The notes under the pieces were generated by a model. The model had not been told where the DNA came from and searched no databases. It saw only the letters and a program-made list of their open reading frames with translations. Positions 42,804 to 52,982 of a DNA stretch of 64,000 nt are shown one piece after another (the stretch's first letter is position 1; the number at the start of each line of letters is the position of its first letter). The stretch comes from an uncultured Planctomycetales bacterium (lineage in GTDB: Bacteria; Omnitrophota; Gorgyraeia; Zapsychrales; JANLHA01). The stretch lies in contig CAZQQI010000005.1 of NCBI GenBank assembly GCA_964595465.1, positions 9,562-73,561 on the forward strand. Reading direction: 5' to 3'. The position numbers were made by a program, and so were the translations under genes.

Positions 42804-43241
42804 ATGTTCTACGGGGAATTTCAACATAGCATTGATCCCAAAGGCCGTCTGATCCTGCCCGCCCGCATTCGTGACGTCAGCCGTGAATACGGCATCGACC
42901 GTTTTTTTCTCACCCGCGGACTGGATAAATGTATTTTTATGTTCAGTGAAGAAGAGTGGCGCCTTCAGGAAAAGAAATTTAAAAACCTTTCCTTCACGAA
43001 ACGGGAAACGCGCAGTTTCAATCGTTTATTCTTTTCCGGTGCCGTCGGCATCAATCCAGACAAGCAGGGGCGCTTCGTGATCCCGCAATATTTAAAAACC
43101 TATGCGGGGATCGAACAGAAGACCATCGTGATCGGGGTATCCAACAGGATCGAGATCTGGAGCCAGGATGTGTGGCAGAATTTTTATGATGAGAGCAGCG
43201 CGTCGTTTGAAAAGATCGCCGAGAATATGATTGATCTCTAG
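42804..43241 (+). CDS. mraZ: Transcriptional regulator MraZ
   Basis: DPKGR, DKQGR, RIEIW. Confidence 0.96.
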   Translation: MFYGEFQHSIDPKGRLILPARIRDVSREYGIDRFFLTRGLDKCIFMFSEEEWRLQEKKFKNLSFTKRETRSFNRLFFSGAVGINPDKQGRFVIPQYLKTYAGIEQKTIVIGVSNRIEIWSQDVWQNFYDESSASFEKIAENMIDL

Positions 43242-43251
43242 CGGGGAAAGT

Positions 43252-44184
43252 ATGGGTGTATCCATGGTGGCGGACAATATGAACGAGCATAAACAGCATA
43301 TCCCGGTTATGGACCGTACCGTTCAGCACATGCTGGATTTAAAAGAAGGGGATATTGTCCTCGACGGAACTCTTGGCATGGGCGGGCATGCGTCTTCATC
43401 AGCGCAGCGGATCGGATCCTCCGGCCGTCTGATCGGACTGGACCGCGACCGTCAGGCCCTGGAGATCGCGGCAGAGAATTTAGCGGTGTGTCCTTGCCGT
43501 AAAGATCTCCGTCATTCTGATTTCCGTTATCTCGATGAGGTTCTGGATGAACTGCATATTCCCGCTGTTGATGCGATCCTGCTGGATCTGGGTGTTTCCA
43601 GCGTTCAATTGGACGACGCTGCCCGCGGATTTTCCTTCCGGGAGAACGGCCCGCTGGATATGCGCATGGACCGCGAACATTTTATATCCGCCTACGACCT
43701 GGTCAATTCTCTTTCCGAACGCGAGCTTTCGACTATCCTGCAGAAATACGGGGAAGAGCGCTTTCATGACCGTATCGCGCATTTCGTTATCGAGCAGCGT
43801 TCTCGCCATCCTATCGAGACGACCCGGGAATTGGGCGAACTGGTCGCGCGGGCAATACCGGGACGCGGCCGCCGCTACAAGATCCACCCGGCGACAAGGA
43901 CATTTCAGGCCCTGCGTATCGCGGTCAACAGGGAGCTGGAGAGTTTGGATATCGCTTTGGAAAAAGGGCTGCAGCGTCTTAAAACCCGGGGGAGGATGTG
44001 TGTCATCGCGTTTCATTCTCTGGAAGACCGTATTGTTAAACACACTTTCCGGAAATGGGCTAAAGAGGGCCAGGTCCAATTGCTGACCAAAAAACCTCTG
44101 CGCCCGGATGATCAGGAGATCAGTGAAAATAAAAGGGCACGCAGCGCGCGGGTGCGCTGTATTGAACGCAAGGCCTCATTCTAA
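43252..44184 (+). CDS. rsmH: 16S rRNA m4C1402 methyltransferase
   Basis: HIPV, DGTLGMGGH, DLGVSS, PLDMRMD, FHSLEDR; start approximate. Confidence 0.96.
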   Translation: MGVSMVADNMNEHKQHIPVMDRTVQHMLDLKEGDIVLDGTLGMGGHASSSAQRIGSSGRLIGLDRDRQALEIAAENLAVCPCRKDLRHSDFRYLDEVLDELHIPAVDAILLDLGVSSVQLDDAARGFSFRENGPLDMRMDREHFISAYDLVNSLSERELSTILQKYGEERFHDRIAHFVIEQRSRHPIETTRELGELVARAIPGRGRRYKIHPATRTFQALRIAVNRELESLDIALEKGLQRLKTRGRMCVIAFHSLEDRIVKHTFRKWAKEGQVQLLTKKPLRPDDQEISENKRARSARVRCIERKASF

Positions 44185-44199
44185 AAGGGAAGGCGGCTT

Positions 44200-44610
44200 A
44201 TGAAACTCGGCAAATTTATCCAGTGTATGTTTGTGGTTACAGTCGTCGCCTTGATCTATCTGCATATGCAGCTGAAGATCTTTTCCCTGGCCTACGAAGG
44301 CAAAGAGAGGGAGCAGCAGCTCAGCCGTCTTAAAGAAGATCAGACCATGGTCTCGTATAATATCCTGGAGCTAAAGTCCGCCAGTCATCTGGGGAGTAAG
44401 ATCTTTACTGAGGATGGCGTTCTGCGGTTTTGCGACCGCAAAAGCATTGTTCAGGTCGCGGCAGCCGATTCCGGCAGTACCGGTGCGGCATACGGACAGA
44501 AACGCAAACCCGGACTGATCGCGCGGTTTCTTTCCCTGCAGAAACAGGCGGAAGCCGAGGCCACGGAACACAAATCCGGCAAGCCCTGGCAGAGTGCTTT
44601 TCGGCGGTAA
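44200..44610 (+). CDS. FtsL-like bitopic membrane protein
   Basis: N-terminal TM segment plus coiled coil, between rsmH and ftsI. Confidence 0.6.
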   Translation: MKLGKFIQCMFVVTVVALIYLHMQLKIFSLAYEGKEREQQLSRLKEDQTMVSYNILELKSASHLGSKIFTEDGVLRFCDRKSIVQVAAADSGSTGAAYGQKRKPGLIARFLSLQKQAEAEATEHKSGKPWQSAFRR

Positions 44611-44688
44611 ACCCGTTTTTCCATTTAACATCAATCACGCGCTGTCCACCGGATAGCCTTGCAGACCTGCAGACAAAGAGATCGCTAC

Positions 44689-46371
44689 GTGTATATCCGC
44701 AAATATACCGGCCGTTTCGTTGCCGTTTTTCTTTCCTTAATTATCCTCCTTTTATTTTTTACGGGCCGTTTGGTTTATATCCAGGTTTTCCGTTCGTCTT
44801 ATCTTGCCAAGCTGGCAGAGCGCCAGCATAATCAGTCGATCAAAATTGAGCCGGTCCGGGGCGTTATTTTGGACCGTAATCTCCGTCCCCTGGCCATGAA
44901 TGTGCCGGTCTATTCCCTCTACGCTAATCCCCGCCGCATGTCACCGGAGGCTAAAGAGCGGGCCGTGCGCAGTCTGCCGGAAGTCATGGACCTGAACCGG
45001 GATTTTATCCGAAGCCGTCTTGACCGGGATAAATTTTTTATCTGGATCGCGCGCAAACTTCCGTTAGACCAGGCCGAAGCGGTGCGGGCCCTGGAGATCC
45101 CCGGTTTAAGTTTTATCAAAGAAGCCCGGCGCTATTATCCCAATCAGCATCTTGCAGCGCACGTGCTGGGCTTTGCCGGTATGGATAACACCGGTCTTGA
45201 GGGGCTGGAACTGCAGTTCGATGATGTTCTGCGCGGCAGGGACGGCAGTGCCCTGGTCCTGAGAGACGCCCGTCAGCAGCAGCTCATGCTGGATCATGGA
45301 TTGATCCCCCCGCAGGACGGATTTTCTCTGGTCCTGACCCTGGATGAAACAATTCAGTATATTGCTGAAGAAGCCCTGGATAAAGCCTACCGCGAGAACA
45401 ACGCGAAATGGGCCAGTATTATTGTTATGAACCCTAATACTGGTGAGATCCTGGCCCTGGCCAACCGTCCGACTTATGATCTTAATGATTTTGGGGAGTC
45501 ATCGGTCGCCTCGCGGACCAACCGGGCCATCGCGCATGTCTATGAACCGGGATCCGTGTTCAAGATCGTCGCCGCCGCCGCAGCGTTAGAAGAAGACGCC
45601 TTCCATGAGGACGATGAGATCTTTTGCGAAAACGGACGCTACCGTGTCGGCAGCAGGATCCTGCATGATCATCACCCGCACGGCAAGCTCACGTTCAAGG
45701 AAGTGATCGAGCAGTCCAGCAATATCGGCACCACCAAGATCGCGCAGAAACTGGGACCGCAGATCTTCTATAAGTATGTCAAGCGGTTCAATTTCGGGGA
45801 ATTGACCGGCATTGATCTTCGCGGTGAAGTCGCCGGTATGCTCAAGCCGCCTTCCCGCTGGTCGAAAACCACGATCAGCGCGATGCCGATCGGACACGAA
45901 GTAGCGGCGACCCCGCTTCAGTTGGTCTGCGCGGTTTCGGCTGTGGCCAATGGCGGGACATATCTGCGGCCCTTTGTGGTAAAATATATCAAAGATAAAC
46001 ACGATGAATTGATCCGCTCCTTTGAACCCCGCGAGATCGACCGTGTGATCAGCCCGTCGACAGCAGAACGCGTCAAAAAGATCCTGCAGGGTGTTGTGGA
46101 CCGGGGCACCGGACGCCGCGCTCAGATCGCGGGGATCGGGATCGGAGGCAAGACCGGCACGTCGCAGAAGATCGTTGACGGGCGCTATTCTCATAGCAAA
46201 TATTACGCGTCATTTATCGGGTTCGCTCCGGTGGATCATCCCCGGATCGCGGCTGTGGTCATGTTTGATGAACCTCATCCGAACCACTACGGAGGGACGG
46301 TCGCGGCCCCGGCATTTCGGGAAATGCTTGCCGGAACACTGCAGTATCTGGAAGCAAAAGGAGCCTTTTAA
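44689..46371 (+). CDS. ftsI: Class B penicillin-binding protein
   Basis: RGVILDRN, YEPGSVFK, SSN, KTG; no PASTA domain. Confidence 0.92.
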   Translation: MYIRKYTGRFVAVFLSLIILLLFFTGRLVYIQVFRSSYLAKLAERQHNQSIKIEPVRGVILDRNLRPLAMNVPVYSLYANPRRMSPEAKERAVRSLPEVMDLNRDFIRSRLDRDKFFIWIARKLPLDQAEAVRALEIPGLSFIKEARRYYPNQHLAAHVLGFAGMDNTGLEGLELQFDDVLRGRDGSALVLRDARQQQLMLDHGLIPPQDGFSLVLTLDETIQYIAEEALDKAYRENNAKWASIIVMNPNTGEILALANRPTYDLNDFGESSVASRTNRAIAHVYEPGSVFKIVAAAAALEEDAFHEDDEIFCENGRYRVGSRILHDHHPHGKLTFKEVIEQSSNIGTTKIAQKLGPQIFYKYVKRFNFGELTGIDLRGEVAGMLKPPSRWSKTTISAMPIGHEVAATPLQLVCAVSAVANGGTYLRPFVVKYIKDKHDELIRSFEPREIDRVISPSTAERVKKILQGVVDRGTGRRAQIAGIGIGGKTGTSQKIVDGRYSHSKYYASFIGFAPVDHPRIAAVVMFDEPHPNHYGGTVAAPAFREMLAGTLQYLEAKGAF

Positions 46372-46373
46372 CC

Positions 46374-47843
46374 ATGCCGCAGCTGAAGACAATTTGCCCG
46401 GAAGATATTGCTGTCCCGCCTGGACTCGCCGGACATGAAATCCGCAATGTGAGGACCGATTCGCGCCGGGTGGAAGACGGAGATTTGTTGATGTGCCCGG
46501 AGACTAGCCGTGAAAACGCTGCGCAGTATGTGCGCGATGCTTTCCATAATGGGGCGGCCGTTGTTGTCTGTGAAGAAGGGGTGTTTCCGGCAGATGCCTG
46601 TCCGCAAAAGGTCCTCATGGTGCGGGGAATTGCGGCCCGTGTGCCGGAATTTCTGTCCCGTGCCTATCCCCTCGCTCGCAAGATCAAGCTGACCGGTATA
46701 ACCGGCACCAACGGTAAGACCACGATCACCTATTTGCTGGAAAGCATTTGGTCCGCATGCGGGTTTCATCCCGGCGTGATCGGGACCGTTGCCTACCGAT
46801 ACGGAGATCAGATTCTTCCGGCAAAAAATACTACCCCGGGTATCGCGGATAACTATTGTCTACTCGCCGCTATGGCCCGGGCGGGGGTGACCCATTGCGC
46901 GATGGAAGTCTCTTCGCATGCTTTGGATCAGGGACGCGTGCGCGGTCTGAATTTCGACCATGCCGTCTTTACCAATTTGACCCGGGATCATTTGGATTAT
47001 CATGCCGGCCAGGAGGCGTATTTTGCGGCCAAAGCGCGTTTATTTAATGGGGAGGCAGAGATCGGACGCGCGGTGATCAATGTCGATGATGCGTCTGCCG
47101 GGCGTCTGATCGAATTGACGTCTGCGCAAGTCACGCGTTACGGCATTGACGGTCCCGCGGATATTGCGGCGCATGATCTGTGTCTGGACGCTGAAGGTCT
47201 CAGGTTTACACTGGCTGTGGGGAAGGAAAAAATTTTATTATCATCTGCCCTGGCCGGACGTCATAATGTGTATAATATTCTTGCGGCCGCGGCCGTGTGC
47301 TGTCATCAGGGAATTGATCTGAAAGATATTGCCCGGGGCATTGCCGCCCGGAAAATTATCCCTGGACGGCTGGAGAGGGTGGGACATCGTCCTGACCAGC
47401 CCGCGGTCTTTGTGGATTACGCGCATACAGATGATGCCCTGCGGAATGTTCTGCGCAGCCTCAAAGCCCTGCAGCCGGGACGTCTGATCGTGGTTTTTGG
47501 CTGCGGCGGAGACCGCGATCGGGGAAAACGTTCGCGCATGGCGCGGGCCGCCGAACAGTATGCCCAGGATGTTATTGTGACTAATGATAATCCCCGCAGT
47601 GAGGACCCCGATCAGATCCTGGCTGATATTGAGTCCGGTTTTCAGCAAAAGCAGTATGTCATGATCAAGGACCGGGGGGAAGCGATCGGCCGGGCCATTG
47701 ACCAGGCCGGACCCCGTGATATTGTTCTCATTGCCGGAAAAGGTCATGAAGATTATCAGACCTTTGCCGACCGGACGATTCATTTTGATGACCGTGAGGT
47801 CGCCGCGGAATGCTTAAACCGGAAAAGAAAACAGGCTCTATGA
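46374..47843 (+). CDS. murE: UDP-MurNAc-dipeptide:mDAP ligase
   Basis: GITGTNGKTT, EVSSH, DYAHT, DNPR (mDAP-type), AGKGHE. Confidence 0.96.
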   Translation: MPQLKTICPEDIAVPPGLAGHEIRNVRTDSRRVEDGDLLMCPETSRENAAQYVRDAFHNGAAVVVCEEGVFPADACPQKVLMVRGIAARVPEFLSRAYPLARKIKLTGITGTNGKTTITYLLESIWSACGFHPGVIGTVAYRYGDQILPAKNTTPGIADNYCLLAAMARAGVTHCAMEVSSHALDQGRVRGLNFDHAVFTNLTRDHLDYHAGQEAYFAAKARLFNGEAEIGRAVINVDDASAGRLIELTSAQVTRYGIDGPADIAAHDLCLDAEGLRFTLAVGKEKILLSSALAGRHNVYNILAAAAVCCHQGIDLKDIARGIAARKIIPGRLERVGHRPDQPAVFVDYAHTDDALRNVLRSLKALQPGRLIVVFGCGGDRDRGKRSRMARAAEQYAQDVIVTNDNPRSEDPDQILADIESGFQQKQYVMIKDRGEAIGRAIDQAGPRDIVLIAGKGHEDYQTFADRTIHFDDREVAAECLNRKRKQAL

Positions 47844-47852
47844 ACGTTTTCG

Positions 47853-48072
47853 TGGGTAAAGCAAAGGATAATGTGATATTTTGTATTTAATCGTTTCTGC
47901 TGGAATGGCGGTAAAAAAGATTGGGAGGGACGCGCAGAGCGAGTTCCGAACCGAACGATTTATGATAAAAACGTTCGGGGAGGCTGTTTGAGCGAACGCG
48001 TCCTTTCCAATCTTCATGAGCCATTCGGCTGCAAAATGGTACATAAAAGCAATATCGTATGCGTCATACCCA
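47853..48072. repeat. Structured dispersed repeat, copy C (inverted orientation) within a long imperfect hairpin
   Basis: Stem AAGATTGGGAGGGACGCG/CGCGTCCTTTCCAATCTT; the minus strand reads GCTCAAACAGCCTC..TTCGGAACTCGCT, as in copies A and B. Confidence 0.75.
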
Positions 48073-48111
48073 TTGATTTTTTCAAAGAGCCGGAAAACAT
48101 AAGGGATCGTT

Positions 48112-49485
48112 GTGACCTGGACACCTGAACTTATCGCGGAGGCCTTAGACGTTTCGATCCGGCAGGAAGGAACCCGCGGATTATCACGCCGGGTGGTGAT
48201 CGATTCCCGGGTGATCGAGCCGGGAGACATTTTTTTCGCGATACGCGGTGTTCGGCAGGACGGGCATCAATTTATCAGCAAAGCCGTGAGGGCCGGGGCG
48301 GGAGCTGTGGTGCTTGAGCGGGAGAACCGGGATGTTCCCGCCGACGTGCATGTTTTTAAAGTGCGGGACTCCACCCGTGCCTTGGGTCAAATGGCCGCAT
48401 ATCACCGCCGCCGGTTTTCTGTTCCCGTGATCGCGGTGACCGGGTCCGCGGGCAAGACCGCTGTTAAAGATATGGCCGCCCACGTTCTGTCTGGAAAATA
48501 TCGTATTTTAAAGACAGAGCGTTCGCTGAATAATCACTGGGGCCTGCCCCTGACCTTGCTGAACCTCTCGCCGTCACATCAGGCCGTGGTGGTGGAGCTG
48601 GGGATCAACCGTCCGGGAGAAATGGAATATCTGGCTGCTATGGCCCGGCCGGATATTGCGGTGTTTACCAATATCGGCGCGTCCCACTTGGCCGGGCTTA
48701 AGAGTCTGAAAGGTGTTCTGCGGGAAAAAGCGGTTTTGCTGAAGCATTTAAGTCCGGGCGGTTTGGTTATCTTTAATGATGACGACGCGCTGCTGAGAAC
48801 ATTGCGTGTGCGGGGCGGAAAAGACGTACGGTATTCCCTTGAGCATCGTGCTGATATTTTTGCCCTGGACCTGATCTGCGGCCGGTCGGGCATGCGGTTC
48901 CTTTTGAACGGACGGTATCCTGTGCGTTTGAAGACCCCGGTCCGCGCCATGGTCGCTAACGCCCTGGCCGCGGCCGCCTGCGGCAGAGCGCTCGGTATGA
49001 CCTGGCAGGATATTGTCCGCCGTCTGGAAAGTTTCCGCCCATGCGTTCAGCGGCAGTGTCTTGTAAAGACTGCCGGGATGACAATCATTGATGATACCTA
49101 CAATGCGAACCCGTTGTCTTATGCCAGCGCGGCGGAAACCTTGCGGGATATTAAAACTCAGGGGAAAAAGATCGCGGTTTGCGGAGATATGCTGGAATTG
49201 GGACGCCGGGCACCTGTTCAGCATCGCAAGGTCGGTAAAATTTTAGCCCGCGCGCAAGCTGATCTTGTGGTGTGTTTTGGCCCTCAAGGCCTTTATATAA
49301 AGGAAGGGTATGAGCAGGCGCGGGGCCCCGGGCGGACGGTGTGCTATACGCGTCTCGGCCCGCTTAATAGATTTTTAGCCGCGCAGGCCGGCTCCGGCGA
49401 TACGATTTTGATCAAGGGGTCGCGGGGTATGCGCATGGAACGCGTGGTGGACTATCTCCGTCGGCGGAGCAGGGGCGGGGAATAA
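48112..49485 (+). CDS. murF: UDP-MurNAc-tripeptide:D-Ala-D-Ala ligase
   Basis: DSR, VTGSAGKT, NNHWG, DTYNANP, GDMLELG, KGSRG. Confidence 0.95.
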   Translation: MTWTPELIAEALDVSIRQEGTRGLSRRVVIDSRVIEPGDIFFAIRGVRQDGHQFISKAVRAGAGAVVLERENRDVPADVHVFKVRDSTRALGQMAAYHRRRFSVPVIAVTGSAGKTAVKDMAAHVLSGKYRILKTERSLNNHWGLPLTLLNLSPSHQAVVVELGINRPGEMEYLAAMARPDIAVFTNIGASHLAGLKSLKGVLREKAVLLKHLSPGGLVIFNDDDALLRTLRVRGGKDVRYSLEHRADIFALDLICGRSGMRFLLNGRYPVRLKTPVRAMVANALAAAACGRALGMTWQDIVRRLESFRPCVQRQCLVKTAGMTIIDDTYNANPLSYASAAETLRDIKTQGKKIAVCGDMLELGRRAPVQHRKVGKILARAQADLVVCFGPQGLYIKEGYEQARGPGRTVCYTRLGPLNRFLAAQAGSGDTILIKGSRGMRMERVVDYLRRRSRGGE

Positions 49486-49538
49486 ATAATGTGCCCTGGT
49501 CAGAATGGGCGTTGTGCTGACATGAACAAGGGAGAACC

Positions 49539-50624
49539 ATGTTTTATTATCTTTCAGAACTCAAAGATGTTTTCTTTGGATTCAATGTTTTCAAATACAT
49601 TACCTTCCGCGCGGCCATGGCGGCTGTGACAACCTTTCTGCTGTGCGTGTTTCTGGGGTCTCCTCTGACCCGCTGGCTCAAAAAAAAGCGTATCCGGGAA
49701 TTTGCCAAGCGAAGGGACTGCCCTGATCTGGACCGCTTCGCTGAGACCAAAGACGGCATACCCACTATGGGAGGTCTGCTGATGGCCGGAAGCATTTTGA
49801 TCTCAGTGTCTCTCTGGGCCGACCTGTCCAACCGCTATATTCTGCTGACCATGCTGACCTGTCTGTATCTGGCGGTATTAGGATTTATCGATGATTATGT
49901 CAAGTTGAAAAAGGACGGCCACAGCGGTCTAAAAATGAAAACGAAATTTTGCTGGCAGATCTTGTTAGCGTTTTTTATCGGTTCATATATCTATTTTGAT
50001 CCGGCGACATCCACGGTCCTGGATGTGCCTTTTTTTAAAGACATTCTGCTGCCGATAGGGTATTTTTATCTTCCGCTGGTGGCCTTGATCATATTGGGCA
50101 CGACCAACGCGGTCAATTTGACTGACGGTCTGGACGGGTTGGCGGTAGGCTGTATTCTGATCGTGAGCTTAAGCCTGGCTGTTTTGAGCTATCTGACGGG
50201 TCATGTCCAGTTCAGCCAGTACCTTTTAATTCCTTACATTGCCAGGGCGGCGGAAATGACGGTATTCTGTTCGGCTATGGTCGGTGCCAGTCTGGGGTTT
50301 TTGTGGTTCAATTGCTGCCCGGCCACGATCTTTATGGGAGATACCGGAGCGCTGTCCATGGGGGGCTGTCTGGCGGTGATCGCGGTACTGATTAAAAAAG
50401 AGCTTCTGCTGGTTCTGATAGGCGGGATTTTTGTTATGGAGGCATTATCCGTTATTCTGCAGGTCGCCTCATTTAAAATGTTCCGCAGGCGGATATTCAA
50501 GGTTTCGCCGGTGCATCATCATTTCCAGATGTCAGGCTGGGACGAACCCAAGATCGTGGTCCGTTTCTGGATCATTAATATTATTTTAGCGGTTATCGCG
50601 CTTATTACGCTGAAGATCAGATGA
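49539..50624 (+). CDS. mraY: Phospho-MurNAc-pentapeptide transferase
   Basis: PTMGG, GFIDD, NAVNLTDGLDGL, FMGDTG, PVHHHF. Confidence 0.97.
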   Translation: MFYYLSELKDVFFGFNVFKYITFRAAMAAVTTFLLCVFLGSPLTRWLKKKRIREFAKRRDCPDLDRFAETKDGIPTMGGLLMAGSILISVSLWADLSNRYILLTMLTCLYLAVLGFIDDYVKLKKDGHSGLKMKTKFCWQILLAFFIGSYIYFDPATSTVLDVPFFKDILLPIGYFYLPLVALIILGTTNAVNLTDGLDGLAVGCILIVSLSLAVLSYLTGHVQFSQYLLIPYIARAAEMTVFCSAMVGASLGFLWFNCCPATIFMGDTGALSMGGCLAVIAVLIKKELLLVLIGGIFVMEALSVILQVASFKMFRRRIFKVSPVHHHFQMSGWDEPKIVVRFWIINIILAVIALITLKIR

Positions 50625-51889
50625 GAGATGTCCAGGGAAAAAATGTGATCGTGATCGGAGCCGGACGCAGCGGCCGCGCGGCGGCCCGTCTCGCGGCGGA
50701 TCTGGGGGCTGATGTTCTGGTATCGGAATCCCGGGGGCGAGAAAATGTTCCGGCTGAATTTCAGCAGTGGTGCGATGAGGGAGGTGCCGGTGCGGAATAC
50801 GGCAGGCATTCCCGGGATAAGATCTGCGCGGGCGACCTGATCATTGTCAGCCCGGGTGTGCGCCGTGATGCCGAACCGTTGGTTTGGGCGAGGGAGGCCG
50901 GGATCCCGGTCATAGGAGAAATGGAATTCGCGTTCAGCCGCTGTCCGGCCAGGGTTATCGCGGTCACCGGCAGCAACGGTAAGACCACGGTCACCACGCT
51001 GATCGGACGCGCCTTAGAACAGGCTGGAGAAAAGGTCTGCGTTTGCGGAAATATCGGTTTTCCTTTGAGCGAATATATTCATCAGCTTACACCGGAACAT
51101 ATTGTGGTCCTGGAAGTCAGTTCGTTTCAGCTGGAGACTGTCGAGACGTTTCGCCCCTGGATCGGCCTCTGTTTGAATATCACACAGAATCATCTCGACC
51201 GCCATGCCGATATGGCCGAGTACACGTCTTTGAAACAGCGCCTTTTTCAGAATCAGACCGCCGGAGACATTGCGATCCTGAATGACCGGGACCCTGTGGT
51301 CAGGGAATTTGCGGAAAATTGTCGGGCAGAGGTTGTTTTTTTTAATACTCCGGAACAGCGTGACCGTACGGGTTGGGATCATCCCAATTATCTTGCTGCC
51401 GCTGCGGCTGTTGAGGGAGCCGGTCTGGATCTGTCTATCTGCCGGCAGGTCTTTGAGGACTTTGCCGGTCTTGAGCACCGCCTGGAAGATGTGCGTGAGC
51501 TGAATGGGGTGACATATATTAATGATTCGAAATCCACGACCCTCGAGGCGTCACGCTGGGCCCTGGAACGTCAGGACCGCCCTGTGGTCTGGATCTGCGG
51601 GGGCAGGGATAAAGGGCTGGATTATTCGTCTTTGACCGGGGATGCTGTTGAAAACGTCACCTTGATGATCATTTTCGGTGAAGCCCGGGAAAAGATCCGC
51701 CAGGCCTTTTTGGATGAGGTGGATGTTCGTCTGGCGGATGATCTTGAACAGGCCGTGAATATCGCCCGGATGTGTGCGCATCCCGGGCAGTGTGTCCTGT
51801 TAAGCCCGATGTGCGCGAGTTTTGATATGTTCGAAAACTATGAACACCGCGGACGGGAATTTAAACGATTGGTCAGTGAATTGGAATGA
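50621..51889 (+). CDS. murD: UDP-MurNAc-L-Ala:D-Glu ligase
   Basis: SPG, TGSNGKTT, EVSSFQL, NDSKST, SPMCASFD. Confidence 0.96.
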   Translation: MRDVQGKNVIVIGAGRSGRAAARLAADLGADVLVSESRGRENVPAEFQQWCDEGGAGAEYGRHSRDKICAGDLIIVSPGVRRDAEPLVWAREAGIPVIGEMEFAFSRCPARVIAVTGSNGKTTVTTLIGRALEQAGEKVCVCGNIGFPLSEYIHQLTPEHIVVLEVSSFQLETVETFRPWIGLCLNITQNHLDRHADMAEYTSLKQRLFQNQTAGDIAILNDRDPVVREFAENCRAEVVFFNTPEQRDRTGWDHPNYLAAAAAVEGAGLDLSICRQVFEDFAGLEHRLEDVRELNGVTYINDSKSTTLEASRWALERQDRPVVWICGGRDKGLDYSSLTGDAVENVTLMIIFGEAREKIRQAFLDEVDVRLADDLEQAVNIARMCAHPGQCVLLSPMCASFDMFENYEHRGREFKRLVSELE

Positions 51890-52980
51890 GAAGTATCCGG
51901 ATCTCAATTACGATGATCGTCTTTGCCCTGATCTTTATCGGCATTCTGATGATCTATAGTGCCAGCGGCATTTACGCTTTGGAAGAGCTCGGGGACAGCC
52001 TGTATTATCTGAAGCGGCATGTGGTGTTTGTGCTGGTCGGGATCATGGCGGCGTTGGCCGTGATGGCTGTTGATTACCGCGATCTTCAGCGTTGGGCCAA
52101 ACCGCTGCTGCTGTTTAATGTGCTTCTTTTGGTGCTGGTCCTGCTTCCCGGTCTGGGCCGTTCGGGGGGAGGGGCTCAGCGATGGTTCCATATCGGGCCG
52201 TTGTATTTTCAGCCGACCGAGCTGATGAAGATCACCATGATCATTTATACCGCGGATTTTTTGTCCCGCAAACAGAATCGGGTTATGCATATCCGTGATG
52301 TCTTCGCACCGGCGATGATCGTTCTGGGCGTGGTGAGCGGGCTGATCATTAAACAGCCTGATCTGGGAAGTGTAGTCCTGATCGGTTTGGTCGTTCTGAT
52401 TATGCTTTTTGTCGCGGGGGTCCGCTGGCAGCATTTCAGTTTGCTGGCAGCGCTGTTTTTGCCGATGTTTTATTTCTTTGTCTACCGGGTGCCTTATCGC
52501 TGGCTCAGGATCGTGACCTTTGTCGATCCGTGGAAAGATCCGACCGGTGCGGGGTTTCAGCTGACTCAGTCGCAGATCGCCTTCGGCAGCGGGGGGCTTG
52601 TCGGTGTGGGGCTGGGACAAAGCGTGCAGAAACTGTTTTATCTGCCCGCGGCGCACACAGACTTTATCCTTTCGATCATCGGTGAGGAATTCGGCTTTAT
52701 CGGCGCATTTTTTGTGATCCTCTTGTTTATTATGTTGATTTGGCAGGGCGCGCGTATTGCTAAACGGACCCAGGATCCTTTCGGGTACTTTTTAAGTCTC
52801 GGTATCGTGGCCATGCTGGGTATTCAGGCGGTGGTCAATATCGGAGTGACGATCGGAGCTCTGCCGACAAAAGGATTGCCCCTGCCCTTTATCAGTTATG
52901 GAGGGTCGGCCCTGGTGACCAATATGATGATGGTTGGACTTTTATTGAATGTTTCCCGTATCAGTGATATTGAGGTATAG
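51886..52980 (+). CDS. ftsW: SEDS peptidoglycan polymerase FtsW
   Basis: GAQRW, FQPTE, QPDLG, LPAAHTDFI, LPFISYGGS. Confidence 0.96.
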   Translation: MRSIRISITMIVFALIFIGILMIYSASGIYALEELGDSLYYLKRHVVFVLVGIMAALAVMAVDYRDLQRWAKPLLLFNVLLLVLVLLPGLGRSGGGAQRWFHIGPLYFQPTELMKITMIIYTADFLSRKQNRVMHIRDVFAPAMIVLGVVSGLIIKQPDLGSVVLIGLVVLIMLFVAGVRWQHFSLLAALFLPMFYFFVYRVPYRWLRIVTFVDPWKDPTGAGFQLTQSQIAFGSGGLVGVGLGQSVQKLFYLPAAHTDFILSIIGEEFGFIGAFFVILLFIMLIWQGARIAKRTQDPFGYFLSLGIVAMLGIQAVVNIGVTIGALPTKGLPLPFISYGGSALVTNMMMVGLLLNVSRISDIEV

Positions 52981-52982
52981 AA

